Part shown: one piece after another, positions 25,560 through 36,320 of the stretch | Layout: the number at the start of each line of letters is the position of its first letter | How positions within the stretch are numbered: position 1 is the stretch's first letter | Assembly: GCA_002633005.1 (NCBI GenBank) | Contig: NMRA01000089.1 | Location: forward strand, 986,372-1,050,371 | Direction: 5' to 3' | DNA: 64,000 nucleotides | DNA from: Phoronis australis | Lineage: Eukaryota > Animalia > Phoronida | Position numbers and translations under genes: made by a program | Notes under the pieces: generated by a model | What the model saw: the letters and a program-made list of their open reading frames with translations, nothing else | Told to the model about the DNA's origin: nothing | Databases searched by the model: none

Positions 25560-26300
25560 TTAGTTGTATTGTTACTCTGCGCGTGTTAGCACAGAGTACT
25601 GTTGTTCCTGGGTTTTCTTTAATTTTATTCTTATTCTTCTTTTTCTTCTGATTCTTTTCCGACCAACTTTGAGGCTTAATAACTCCAAAATGGGTGCTGG
25701 TACGGTCTTTAATTTCAGCGTATGAGTTTTGACAGTATATCAATTTTGATACGTTATGTAATCATATTCTATATTGCACCGGAAGATGTCGTTTGATGCA
25801 AAGGTCGTATAATTTACAAAATGTATCTGTTGGTTTAGTTTTAAAGCAATCTTTTTCAAAGCCGGTGCAGAGGTATAAGTCATCAACACAATTTAAAAAA
25901 ATACTTTTCTGAGTAATCGAATCATCCAATCAGATAAATTAGGTCAAAGGTCATCAGGTACAAACTGAAAGTTTGAGCTAGAATTTTCAAACTCACAAGT
26001 CTCATTGGTACGTCCAATTAAACTCGAAATAAAAAGTTTCAGGTCATTTAGTGCAATCATGGGGTCATTAGGTGTATTTTTTCTGAAAAATTGCCCTATT
26101 TATTCACCAAGTATTCAGATGTGTGGACCGTTAGACAACTGTGATTCTCAACATTAAATACACTTTTTACTGGCTTTGGAATAAATCTCCTTCAGCTTAT
26201 AATGCATCGGATAGGGTCAATTAGTGCATAGGTCATATAACATTCAAAATGTAATATATCCTGCATTTTTCGAGAAATTCTTTTCAATTTCTGCACACTG
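25560..26300 (+). mobile_element. HINE-like copy in the duplicated segment (no copy A insertion)
   Basis: Colinear with 4306-5006 and 10181-10225. Confidence 0.65.
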
Positions 26301-26967
26301 AAAATTCCAATTTTCTTAATTTATTGGAACAATATTAATTTTCTGAGAGGTATGACATGCAACTTTATTTAAAAAACACTCTAAAACATAGCGACTCTGC
26401 AAAAATCATAAAAAAATACTTTAATGACAGTCGCCAGCATGCTTGATTACGTGTTCTCAGGGCCTCCACTGGGGGCGCTAGTATGCTTGTGACGTCAGTG
26501 AACAAAAGGTGATTTGGCCAACATTCACCATTCTGCCTCACTTCCACACAGCAACCGGCCATGATCAGCAGACGACGTACTTGCCGGAAATTACACCATC
26601 TAATTTGGCCAGTTAAAGCTAGTGAATAATGACGTAACAGCTTGTTCGAATCTGCACATATTTCGTCCATTGAAAGTGGAGTTGGCGGTCCATGTACTAC
26701 ATTCTATGGTAAAATTCACCTTCCTTGTTTTCAAAATTCAAAGCCCAATCATGCAGGATTTCCACAGATTTTTCAATTATGCTATTAACAAATTTTCAAA
26801 AGGAACATCTAAATTACAATTGTCGCCCCTAATGTGTTTATTAAGGTCTCATCGTCTAGAGAACGATAACATCAGCAGCCCGTGGTGCAGAATCCGTACG
26901 AGTTGCCCAATCTCGACCGGTTAGGATGTCGATTTAGGATTTCTTTCTTAGGTTCTTTTTACGAATT

Positions 26968-27498
26968 ATTTTATTGTGTAATAGTCTGGTAGACTTGAGA
27001 CCTGGACCCGGTCTCTAATCTTTGAATTCGAAACAAACTCAAAATAATTGTTTATTTTTTGTCTGAATTTCTTCCGTAGACCCCGAAATCGCATACAGCC
27101 GTGGTAATTCTGCTCGTCACCTCGCCGTGAAACTTGTATCGACATGTAAAGCTAAAGACCAGACGCGTTGGATGCAAAATCTGGGAATCAACCGACACTC
27201 ACCTTTCCGTTCCTGCTGTTTAAGTGAAAAAAATAGAAAAACGTCATTTTCTTGCGTAATCTTCACCTTTTCTAACAATGAAAAATATGTCGTTGTTTTG
27301 AAAACAGTACGCTCGTGTCACGCCCACGCGCCATTTCTTTTATTTTGTGACGAGCAGAATTACCCTGGCTGTATGCAATTTCAGGGTCTACGGAAGAAAT
27401 ACTGACATAAAATTAACAAATATTTTGAGTTTGTTTCGAATACAAAGATTAGAGACCGGGTCCAGGTCTCAAGTCTACCAGACTATTACGGAATAAAA
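26968..27498. repeat. Inverted duplication (~150-bp arms) containing a Harbinger-MITE end
   Basis: 26968-27120 is the reverse complement of 27347-27498. 27275-27341 is repeated directly at 27505-27572. Confidence 0.8.
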
Positions 27499-28218
27499 AT
27501 GTTTAACAATTAAAAAATATGTCGTTGTTTTGAAAACAGTACGCTCGTGTCACGCGCACGCGCCATTTCTTTTACTTCTGTTTTTGTTGATAAATATAGA
27601 TTATTACATGGCGAAGTCGTTATCCCCCGTTATCTAGAGCCCGAGTGGATTTTGGAGAATTATCGCCCTAGGGGCGTTACTACTTATACCACATACTAAA
27701 CGAGAAACATTGCAATGAATCCATTTACCTTTTCTGACTCTCCACGGCTTTGTAACTACTTTCTAGGTCAGAGGCCCGGGGTCGGAGGTCGTGACCTTTT
27801 AAGAAAAGCCAGGCTATTTTTGTCAAATAATGCTTTTACTCAAAACCAATTGAAAACTTAAATATAATAGAAATAAACTGAATTTATAAATTAAGGTTTA
27901 CCAACTGTTATAGCTTAAAACACGTTTTTTTCACGCTAAGCTTCGACCGGGAAATTATCGTCTGCTAAAGTAGGTTACCACTGGTAACTGAATATAATTC
28001 TCAAGCCAAAGATCCTGACAACACGATACCCGCAGAGATCGGTGATTTACAAGTAAGAGGACATGAGAGAAATATTTCATTGAATTAAGATGTCATTTTT
28101 ATGGAAATTATGTGTCTTATTTTTCGTAGCGTATACGTACAGTACAATGCGGTTTGTTGAACGTGCGATTATTGCGCGTGCTCATTTAAGTATTCTACTT
28201 TCACTCTTGATGACGTCA

Positions 28219-28291
28219 GCCGCTGCGTAGTGTAGTGATTAAGGTCGGCGACCAGCAAACTCAAGGTCCCGGGTTCGACTCCGTCCTCGGT
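28219..28291 (+). mobile_element. tRNA-derived SINE head or tRNA-like pseudogene
   Basis: A box TAGTGTAGTGATT and B box GGTTCGACTCC at tRNA spacing; cloverleaf imperfect. Confidence 0.55.
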
Positions 28292-28399
28292 TTCCCGTCT
28301 AATCGTTATCTCACTAGTGAGATAACTTTATGGGTTATTACACGGTTGTATCTGCCATTTGACGCCAATATTGTGGTATAAAGGAAGTTATTACATCTG

Positions 28400-29210
28400 A
28401 AAATTTTCAAAATTCAGTTGATCCATTCTTGTTGTTTTATTTACCGATTTATATTTTTTATTTTGCGACATTTCTCGGGAGATGATGATAGCTTGGCAGT
28501 AGCAAAATTTCTTATGGAAATCAGTTTTCTGTATCAATATTCTAAAATGAACAAGTTCAAATAATTTGTTGCGAAGTGTACGCAACCTCGTAAAAGAAGA
28601 ACAATCGGCGAAAGTAGAAACTTGCCAGTGGGTGACACAATATTTCAAGGCGCCGTAAGCTGTCGCTAAAAATCGCTCCACAACTTCAGCAGAAGTATAA
28701 CAGTACAGTAAAACACCATTACTCAAGGAAGACTGTAGTTTTTAATGACACTAATTTTGTGTTAGATTTTATCTTACCACCTTTTTACCCACATAGATGC
28801 AAGAATGTATATTTTTATACGGTCTGTGTTAAGGCTAGGTTCAAAGCTGTAACTTTAGTGAATGGCACATGCCCGTGACACGAGCGCACTTTTTCAAAAC
28901 GACGACATACTTTTCATTGTTAGAAAAAGCGGAGATTTACGCAAGAAATTGACGTTTATTGCATTGTTTTTAAACGGTTGCAACGGGCAAGGTGAGTCTC
29001 GGTTGATCCCCATATTGTGCATGCCCCCGTCCAATGCTTAGGTTTACACGTTGATACAAGTTTCATGGCGAGGTGAAGAGCTGAAATATGCTGACTGTAT
29101 TCAATTTCGGGGTGTACGGAAGAAATACACACAGTGGGACCTAGCTGTATTTTGATGACAGTCTTCACACAGATAGCTGGCTGGCTAAGTCTAATGAAGC
29201 TCAAACACAC
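28400..29210. repeat. Old rearranged fragments of the copy-A internal sequence
   Basis: ~28440-28810 resembles 6240-6600 (+). ~28870-29210 resembles 5890-6230 (-). Confidence 0.55.
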
Positions 29211-30401
29211 ATTGGTAACTACACGCAACTGTATTTTGTGGATAGTCTGTGTACAGCTGCATGTAGTCTATCAATAACCAATCCCAATTTACAGAGCTGG
29301 GTATTGCTTGCAGCTAGCTGGCTGGCTCTATCTGCACTGCCCACAGTCACACCGCTGTATATTAATGATATAGACTTTGCAACGGCATATTTTTGTCTGA
29401 CTATAACGATGACTGGGTATCACTTGGGGTTGCTTTGAACTCAAGCAGGTATCCCTGGCGACCCGACATTTTACACCGGGACTTCTTATTCCAACATTGA
29501 AGAACGCTATTTGACCTCAGGCTAAAATAGGACAATGCCTTTGCTCCACAAACTACGTCACGAGAAAAAGCAGTCCATGCGGGAGATTATGGCACTATTT
29601 GAACCATTTTTTGACTTTTGTTAAAATATGGGATTAATTTTGCTGTTAAACCGTTGGTGAAATTACTCATCAGCTCATTAAAAAGTGTAAAATTTATTCA
29701 GAATATAATATTTTTCCCTTTAAGGTTTATAATTTCCATTCACATTGCATAGAAATTTCCTACTTCATTTGTTATAGCAATTTTCAGCGCATGATTTATG
29801 GTGTCAAATATTGTTAGAGACTAGGCAGATTTACTTCTCAAGGAGTAGAAGCCGAAGATATTGTTTGCATAATGATGGCTTTAATTTGCATCTAGTGATC
29901 TATCTTCAAGTATTATTGAACTCAAAAAAATTTTTAAGAAAATTTTTGAATATCTGGGCCTTCTGGGGTTAAAAATGCTTATGGTCGTCCAGACTACATT
30001 GTATAACACAGCTAAAACGTTTCATGGGACACCTTAGCATGGAACAACAAAATTCCATTTACGATGGACTCAATATACTGTCAAGAAATTGTGACAAGAC
30101 CTATTTATGGCTACTTGACCACATGGCCAACGTTTTGCTGCAATGAGGCTGAGAAATAAGCTGATGAATCTTTTCGACTTGATTAAGTGTTGGAGACCAA
30201 TATTTTGCAAACCATTGCTGCCAGCAGAACACCAGCGCCATGTCCGACTTCATGAGTAGTCGCTTTAAACCCCAGCTTCTGTTTTCGATTCCCAATTAGT
30301 TGATTGCAAAAATATGCATGAACCAATGTTCACGTTTTGCCCTTATATACCTCCGCATTAAATATATATACATATATAAATATATAATATATAATATATA
30401 G

Positions 30402-30469
30402 GGAACGGACAGCGTGGGTGGAGTTTCCTGTCACTTTCTTTGTTGTGCGGAGTTGGTCCACCCAGGCAA
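30402..30469 (+). CDS. Possible signal-peptide exon of the Ig gene (frame and start ambiguous)
   Basis: GC-richer island after an (AT)n tract, ending cag|gcaagt or a|gtaaaa, 61-65 nt before the Ig acceptor. Hydrophobic translations (WVEFPVTFFVV or WSFLSLSLLCG) but no ATG. Confidence 0.3.
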
Positions 30470-30530
30470 GTAAAAAATCGCTAGTATTTTATTTTGTGAT
30501 TTTAAAATTCCTACATTTTAACACTTTCAG

Positions 30531-30878
30531 ATACTGCTGGTCGGGTTTATCCTGTGGTTTCAAGTGTTGCTTACAACCATTACAACAAAACGGCTACGTT
30601 CACGATAGATTGTAGACTGAATGTTCATGAAGTCATGAAAGAAGTTTTCTTCAAGTATAAAGGCGTTAATGTGTTTGAAGTCCGTCCTGAGTATAGTGAC
30701 GAAGGAAAATTTTTTGGTTTTTATCAACGCCGCGGTTCTTCTACCTACTCCCCTGGAATAAATGATTTCACCATTACTTTGTCAGACGTTACATCTGCTG
30801 ATGAAGGCCAGTACAGATTTGATGTGACCATTAAAAGTTCCTACACCATCGTTTCATATAGCCAGCTGGTTATAAGCG
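30531..30878 (+). CDS. Exon encoding one V-set-like immunoglobulin domain (putative GPI-anchored Ig-superfamily surface protein)
   Basis: Acceptor tttcag at 30525-30530 and donor gtaagt at 30879. The exon is 348 nt, phase 1-1 and open: TAGRVYPVVSSVAYNHYNKTATFTIDCRLN...RRGSSTYSPGINDFTITLSDVTSADEGQYRFDVTIKSSYTIVSYSQLVIS. It carries the V-set E/F-strand signature (F-x-L/I-x-L/I-x-x-V-x-x-x-D-x-G-x-Y). Confidence 0.88.
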
Positions 30879-31089
30879 GTAAGTAGAGTTTCTGTTACGT
30901 ATCTATTTATGTCTTCAACAGGATGGGGTCTCAACTATACTATGCAAGAAAATTTCACTTTTATAGAAGTTCTGTTTAAACCATTCAAAACAATCTGTCT
31001 TTAAAAAATGCATATATACCTTTACTCTCACTCTCACTTGTCTGTTCTTGTTGGTGGTCGCGTGCTACCTGTAGGTAAGTGAGATCTGT

Positions 31090-33400
31090 TATTTTATCTG
31101 CCTCTTATGATAGTTCCATCGAGTTATGGAACGATTACTGGTCACGATTTGGAACTTTCACCAAAGCCAATTCTATATCAAGCGAGAAATTGCCCCAAGT
31201 CATTTTGAAAAAAACAAACTTCCACCGTATACATGTTGTTTTGCACGCTGTCAGAAGAACAAACGCCACACAATGATATCAATCAGCTAACCATTATTTA
31301 AATAGCAAAATTTATTGAGAGTTATTTCTTCCCTACATTTTACCAACCGGGATGCTTCAAATTTTGATCCTACACCAAACAAAGGCCAGGTGAAACAATC
31401 CAGGAGCTTACAACCCGCTTTCGGTAAGATGCTGCAAAATACAACTTTCCAGCCATAACCAGAGATTACCGTTTGGCATTAGTTCAATCCCTGTTTATTT
31501 ACAAATTGACACGTGATTTACATGCGCGGTTGTATATTTAGACGCTGTTTAGTGAGCGGTCGCAAATCTGGTGAACATCTACAAAACTCGTGACGTTTAC
31601 TTCAACGCTTGCAAGATATTGGCATCAGATGTCGTTTGAACCAAGCGTTTTTGGTCAAAAGTCTACAGAATAAAGCGGTCAAATGCTTTGTGATAAAGGC
31701 ATTAAAAGATAAATGAGGTAGATGCTATTTTAAAGATGCCAGCTCCGTTGGATGTTCCCCATCTGCGTTTATTCCTTGGGCCGTTCCAGTTCCACGGAAA
31801 TTCATTCCCAATTAACCTGGAGACACGTGCCTTGGTCAAAGGGGTGCTGAGAAGAATTCAGCTTTTTGGAGTTTAAAAAAATCCTGTGTAAAGAGCATTT
31901 TTGCTCCTTTTGAACCGACAAACCAGTTAGGAATTTCTTGCGATGCTTCCAATTTCGGGATAGTAGCTATTCTTTTTCATCGATATCAGGATGAAATTGA
32001 ACGACCGCTTGCTGTTGTTCTAAAGACTCTCACGGACACGTAAAGAAATACAACCAAACTCAACGTGAAGCTCTTGCAATTGTTTTTTGCGCTGAATAAG
32101 TTCATAATTTTCTTTACGTTCGAAGATATATTTTGGCTACTGATCATTAACCTTTAGTTTCTATTTTTGGACCAACTAAAGTTGTTACTGCAATGACAGT
32201 TAATCGACTGGCCAGATGAGCATTATTTATTATTTCTGGGTCAGCGTGAGTATTTAAGGCGTCTGATAACTTCAGTGTAGATGCATTGAAGTATTTAACG
32301 ATCTGCAATTTGACAGGAGGATGAGCAAGCAGACGTAAATGACGTTTATTCTATTAAATAGACAAGTATCCAATTCAATCCAGCTAATTCCAAATTGCTC
32401 GCCATAAGATTCTAATATTTAAAGGACAATGCCGTGTACCAACGAAGAATGGCCCCGTTCTATAGATTTTGAGGAGTTGAAATACTATGGAAAGCTAGGA
32501 GAAACACTGACGACATAGTCTATTTAATTGTGCAATAGTAGTTATTCCACAATTATTTGAAGTGTAGGATTTGCTTCATATTTTCACACTTTGGCGAGTA
32601 AAGAATGGTGTAAATTTCTCGCTGTGAAGTTTATTGACCTCACATTGACAAGGATATTCAAGAACTCGAGCGTCATTGTACATGTACGTCTTGCAAGTAA
32701 CATCAGAACAAACCACCACAATCGATTATTCAATTGGGATGTAGCCAAAGGATCCTTGGGGGCGTGTTCACGTTGATCATGACATCATTTTGGGACCGAT
32801 TAGTCGGTCAAAGTATAGGCATATTCAAAGAATTCGTTTATACATCCAACAGATTCTTTGCCTACACAAACGAGTGCAGAATTACTAGAAATAGAGGTCG
32901 GGCATTTTGGTTATCCTAGGTGACTGATAAAGCAGCAAATTTAAAATCTTTGCGAAAATCTTCAATAACACCGAATGGTGCTTCATAAAAGCTTTGTTGC
33001 AGTATCATCGTACACGTATGTCTCTGGAATCCGGGTATAATTCCTGCGAATTTTTAATGGAAGGCAAATTCGATGTTAAATGTAACTGGACAGTTTGACG
33101 CCTCCACCTGCGCTTGTGTGTCAAGGAAAATAATCTCCACTAGCAATGAAGCCCCACCAAAATTCTGGCTCTGAGTTAGCGGTATCAAAGGTGCACAAGT
33201 ACGTGTATTAAGTTGGTAGGCCATGATATGCCTTGATTTGGTGCCAAGCAGGACAGATATCCGAGATTGACACGCGGTGTTGTATCTACAGTATTAGGAT
33301 CAAGTTCCGTCAAATTAAAGGTGATGACCGACGGACCGATTAGGCATTGTCTCTTCTACCAGTTAAGACCCAGGTTTTGTTCTTATGAAGTTAATGATTC
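31090..33400 (+). mobile_element. Decayed Ty3/Gypsy LTR retrotransposon (gag-pol remnants) in an intron
   Basis: gag-like YDSSIELWNDYWSRFGTFTKANS; MPAPLDVPHLRLFLG; RNase H GISCDASNFGI...ERPLA...REALAIVF...ATDH*PL (31910-32165); integrase-like PWGRVHVDH (~32755). Many stops and frameshifts. Confidence 0.85.
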
Positions 33401-33724
33401 AAGAAATTAAGAACATCCATCACTATTGGATGTTAATATAAGCAACAAATATGCTGTTGACGCCACACATAGACAACAAAATGAAAAATAAGGGGAGAAA
33501 ATACCGCGTTCAAAGCTTGGTGACCCAAGTTCCAATTGGCCCAAACTGTTGGCTGCCTGCTGTCAGAATATAGAGTGACAATGTTTTTAGTTGTATTGTT
33601 TTGTTTTGTGGTTCTGTTTGATTGGCATGACCCCTGATTTAGTTACAGTACAATGATGATGTAATTTGTTCACTACTGAATAGTATGGAACTTTCTAGAA
33701 GACTACGATCAGTACAATGATGNT

Positions 33725-34271
33725 ATATGAAAATTTCTCATTTTAGTACATTTGAGGTGCCAAAATATATAACTAATAAACTGGCTGACAAAGTTTTTAT
33801 TTTATGAAATGAAAGTAACATGTTTTGTCAACATTTTGGCTAAGTTTCATTCTCATAACAGTGGGGGCAGATTTGGTACAGCAGTGTACCGAACACAACC
33901 TCAAAACGGCATAACGGGGGGCAGTGTAGTAAAACTACTAAATGAGGGCGGTAAATCGGAATCGTGTTTCAAGACATCTGTGTAACAATCTACAGGCACC
34001 ACTAAACAATGCCAAGTGAATAATAAATCAATAGCTTTCATTCAAGGAAAAAGATGAACAGTTAAATCTGGACAGTTTTATACCGTGAAAACATAGCTGC
34101 GAAGCCATAAAATGTGTTTGAGCCTACAACTTTAGAAAAACGCAATATTTTGAGGAAATATTTTACCGCTGTTTATAGATCCCATAGGACTACCTATGTG
34201 CCAAATTTGGTGAAAATCGGCTGACCCCCACCTTGCCGCTCATGGCTGGTGCTCTCGTGGACTAGTACTTA
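33725..34271. mobile_element. Young dispersed repeat (non-autonomous DNA element), near-identical to 51425-51912
   Basis: Two highly similar copies, both ending gtgctctcgtggactagtacttaa. Confidence 0.7.
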
Positions 34272-35260
34272 ATCAGACAGGAGAATTACAGTTGAGTTGA
34301 AGTGAAGAGAAGCAGCAGTTACAGCGAGATTCAATAGAGAGCCAGCTATAGCGACAGCAGGTTATTGAATAAAGGCATGTACCAGTTGCTGAACGTGTCT
34401 CAAAAGTTCATCACAGGTCAAGGCTTCGCAGCACTGGCTAGAGCAAAGAACAAACACTACGCCGGACTTTTTGTTTGAGTAGGCCTGTTAACGTACGGTC
34501 GAGATTAACAAAGGATTAATTCGAACCAGTTTTCAGTCTCACGCCGCACCGAAAACTATTAGCACCGGTCTGTAACATCCTGCGCCCACCCATACACGGG
34601 GAAAAACGTGACATCTGCTTAAGAACACGTCTAAACTCGAAATGCGGACAAAGCCAATTCGAGCATTGAGATAAAAACGTCTGATTTCGAATTTGCTCAG
34701 CTAGCATCCTTAAAATGACACTCGAAAACATCAATGGCTGACTTAAGGCAATGGATGAAGACCAGAGGATGAGGAGGGGGAGCTGCAGCCACCCATTAGA
34801 TGACTATTTCGAGATTGCCACTCAAAACACCTTTTAGAGACTGTGTAATTTTTTGGAAAATACTGCTTCCATTAAAATTCAATAGTTCTTTTTTGAATTT
34901 ATTCACTTCAACCGATACCACGTCACCCCCAACTCCACTATAGTAACTCCTTCTGACACTGCGCCTCTTCTCGTCAGGCTCTCAATCCACTCTTCTCTGT
35001 GAAGCTATCACACAGATGTTGGCAACTACTTGGTGGCTCGAGCAATTCCGTGACAATGCTCCCGTGAATACCGCCAGCTACATATACTTTTGTTCTGTTT
35101 TGCACCCCAGTTGCCCCCAGGTTAACCAAATGCAGATCTCTCATTATACTTTCCTTTCCCTAATTGCCATTTCAGGGTTGAACTTCAGCCACACACTTGT
35201 CAAACCTTTTCTTGAAACTCTATAGACAAATTACATGGATGTCTTTTAACTGTTTTGCAG

Positions 35261-35311
35261 TCAAACCCACTGGAACTCCGCCTGTGAATACAGAAACTCC
35301 TACAGTGAAGA
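35261..35311 (+). CDS. Stalk microexon A1 (V)KPTGTPPVNTETPTVK
   Basis: ttttgcag acceptor, gtatgt donor, 51 nt, phase 1-1, Pro/Thr-rich. Exon and flanking intron are homologous to A2 and A3. Confidence 0.8.
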
Positions 35312-35869
35312 GTATGTATGCTTAAATTGCAGTTTGGGTGTGTCATACCGCTCTTGTTCGAGTGCTAAAATGAAATACTTGAATTAATACCAAAGACCTT
35401 TCAATGTTTAGGAAGTGTTCTGGAGAGATTGTGTAACTGGATCTGGGTGCTTATCAGGACAAGTACGGTATACAGAGTTGACATGTTTTCAGTGGCAGTA
35501 CTAAAATGATGAATCTTCAAATTTTTCTTAGTTCTGTGATAATGTTTAAGTCACTTTGATGCTGCTGATACCGTTTGTCAGATTAAGAGGATTCAAATTT
35601 AAAAAGTCTTAGTAGCGACTAGTTTGTTTCGAAAAACCTAAACTCATGCAGGACTCATAAGTTTCCACTGTCTGCATCTGCCCACAAACTTTGAATGACG
35701 GGTTCCAGCTCTTGAGAAACAGGCACTGTCTAATTCTCACTCAAGTTGTCCCTTATTGTGGCAATTTAATTTAAATACTCATGTTTTAACGCCGGTTTCT
35801 TTAATCATCTGCTGAAAGTTTCAAAGGATGGTCAAAAAATTTTGCAGGTGCTGTCACTTGAGGGAAAGC

Positions 35870-36320
35870 ACATCTGACATTAAGATTCCTATATATCCGA
35901 CAACATTTGCTGCTACAATATGGAATTCTCCTAGCCCAAAAGTTAGACGTTCCGATTCAGTTAATACTTTCGAACTTAATAGTAAAAAAGTGGATGTAGT
36001 TTACCTAACCTTTTTATACCTTACCTGTCTTAATCATCTCACGTTTCCATTGTTTAAAGTCATCTCTTTATTTACTTCATCTATCTGAGCTAAATTATCA
36101 GCATTCTTCGTCTTTTTATCATCTCATTTTGAATATCACAATCAGCAAAAATATTTTATTCCGGTGCAACGCTGTTCATTTCATGTGTGTGTGCCGTCAA
36201 TTTTCTCTCTTAGTCAAACTGCGCGCAGTAGAGTGCTCTGTTTATTGCCGCAATTTTGATGTGCGCCGACATGCCATAATTGTAACAATTTCGTAAAATA
36301 TAAAATATAAATAGGTAAAT
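35870..36320 (+). mobile_element. L2/CR1-type LINE 3' remnant
   Basis: FAATIWNSPSPKVRRSDSVNTF matches the LWNSLP..IR...S...FK ORF2 C-terminal motif. Followed by a T-rich UTR and an AT-rich tail. Confidence 0.5.

Larger units (their letters stand above)
21270..26300 (+). repeat. Second unit of a ~21-kb-period direct duplication of 1-5006 (+10179-10225)
   Basis: Colinear homology, e.g. 560-784 vs 22116-22340, 3378-3900 vs 24150-24660, 4241-4465 vs 25495-25715, with many substitutions and indels. Confidence 0.9.

Noticed and set aside
28219-28291. Functional tRNA gene (also 60361-60430)
   Set aside because: Acceptor and anticodon stems do not pair well and there is no clean terminator; SINE-like instead.
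30531-30608. Hydrophobic peptide ILLVGFILWFQVLL in an alternative frame of the Ig exon
   Set aside because: It stops after 25 codons. The phase-1 frame gives a complete Ig domain, so this is probably coincidental.
33561-34414. Possible LTR (TG...CA with AATAAA) next to the Gypsy remnant
   Set aside because: No matching second LTR or TSD was seen, and the region is interrupted by an N join and another repeat.
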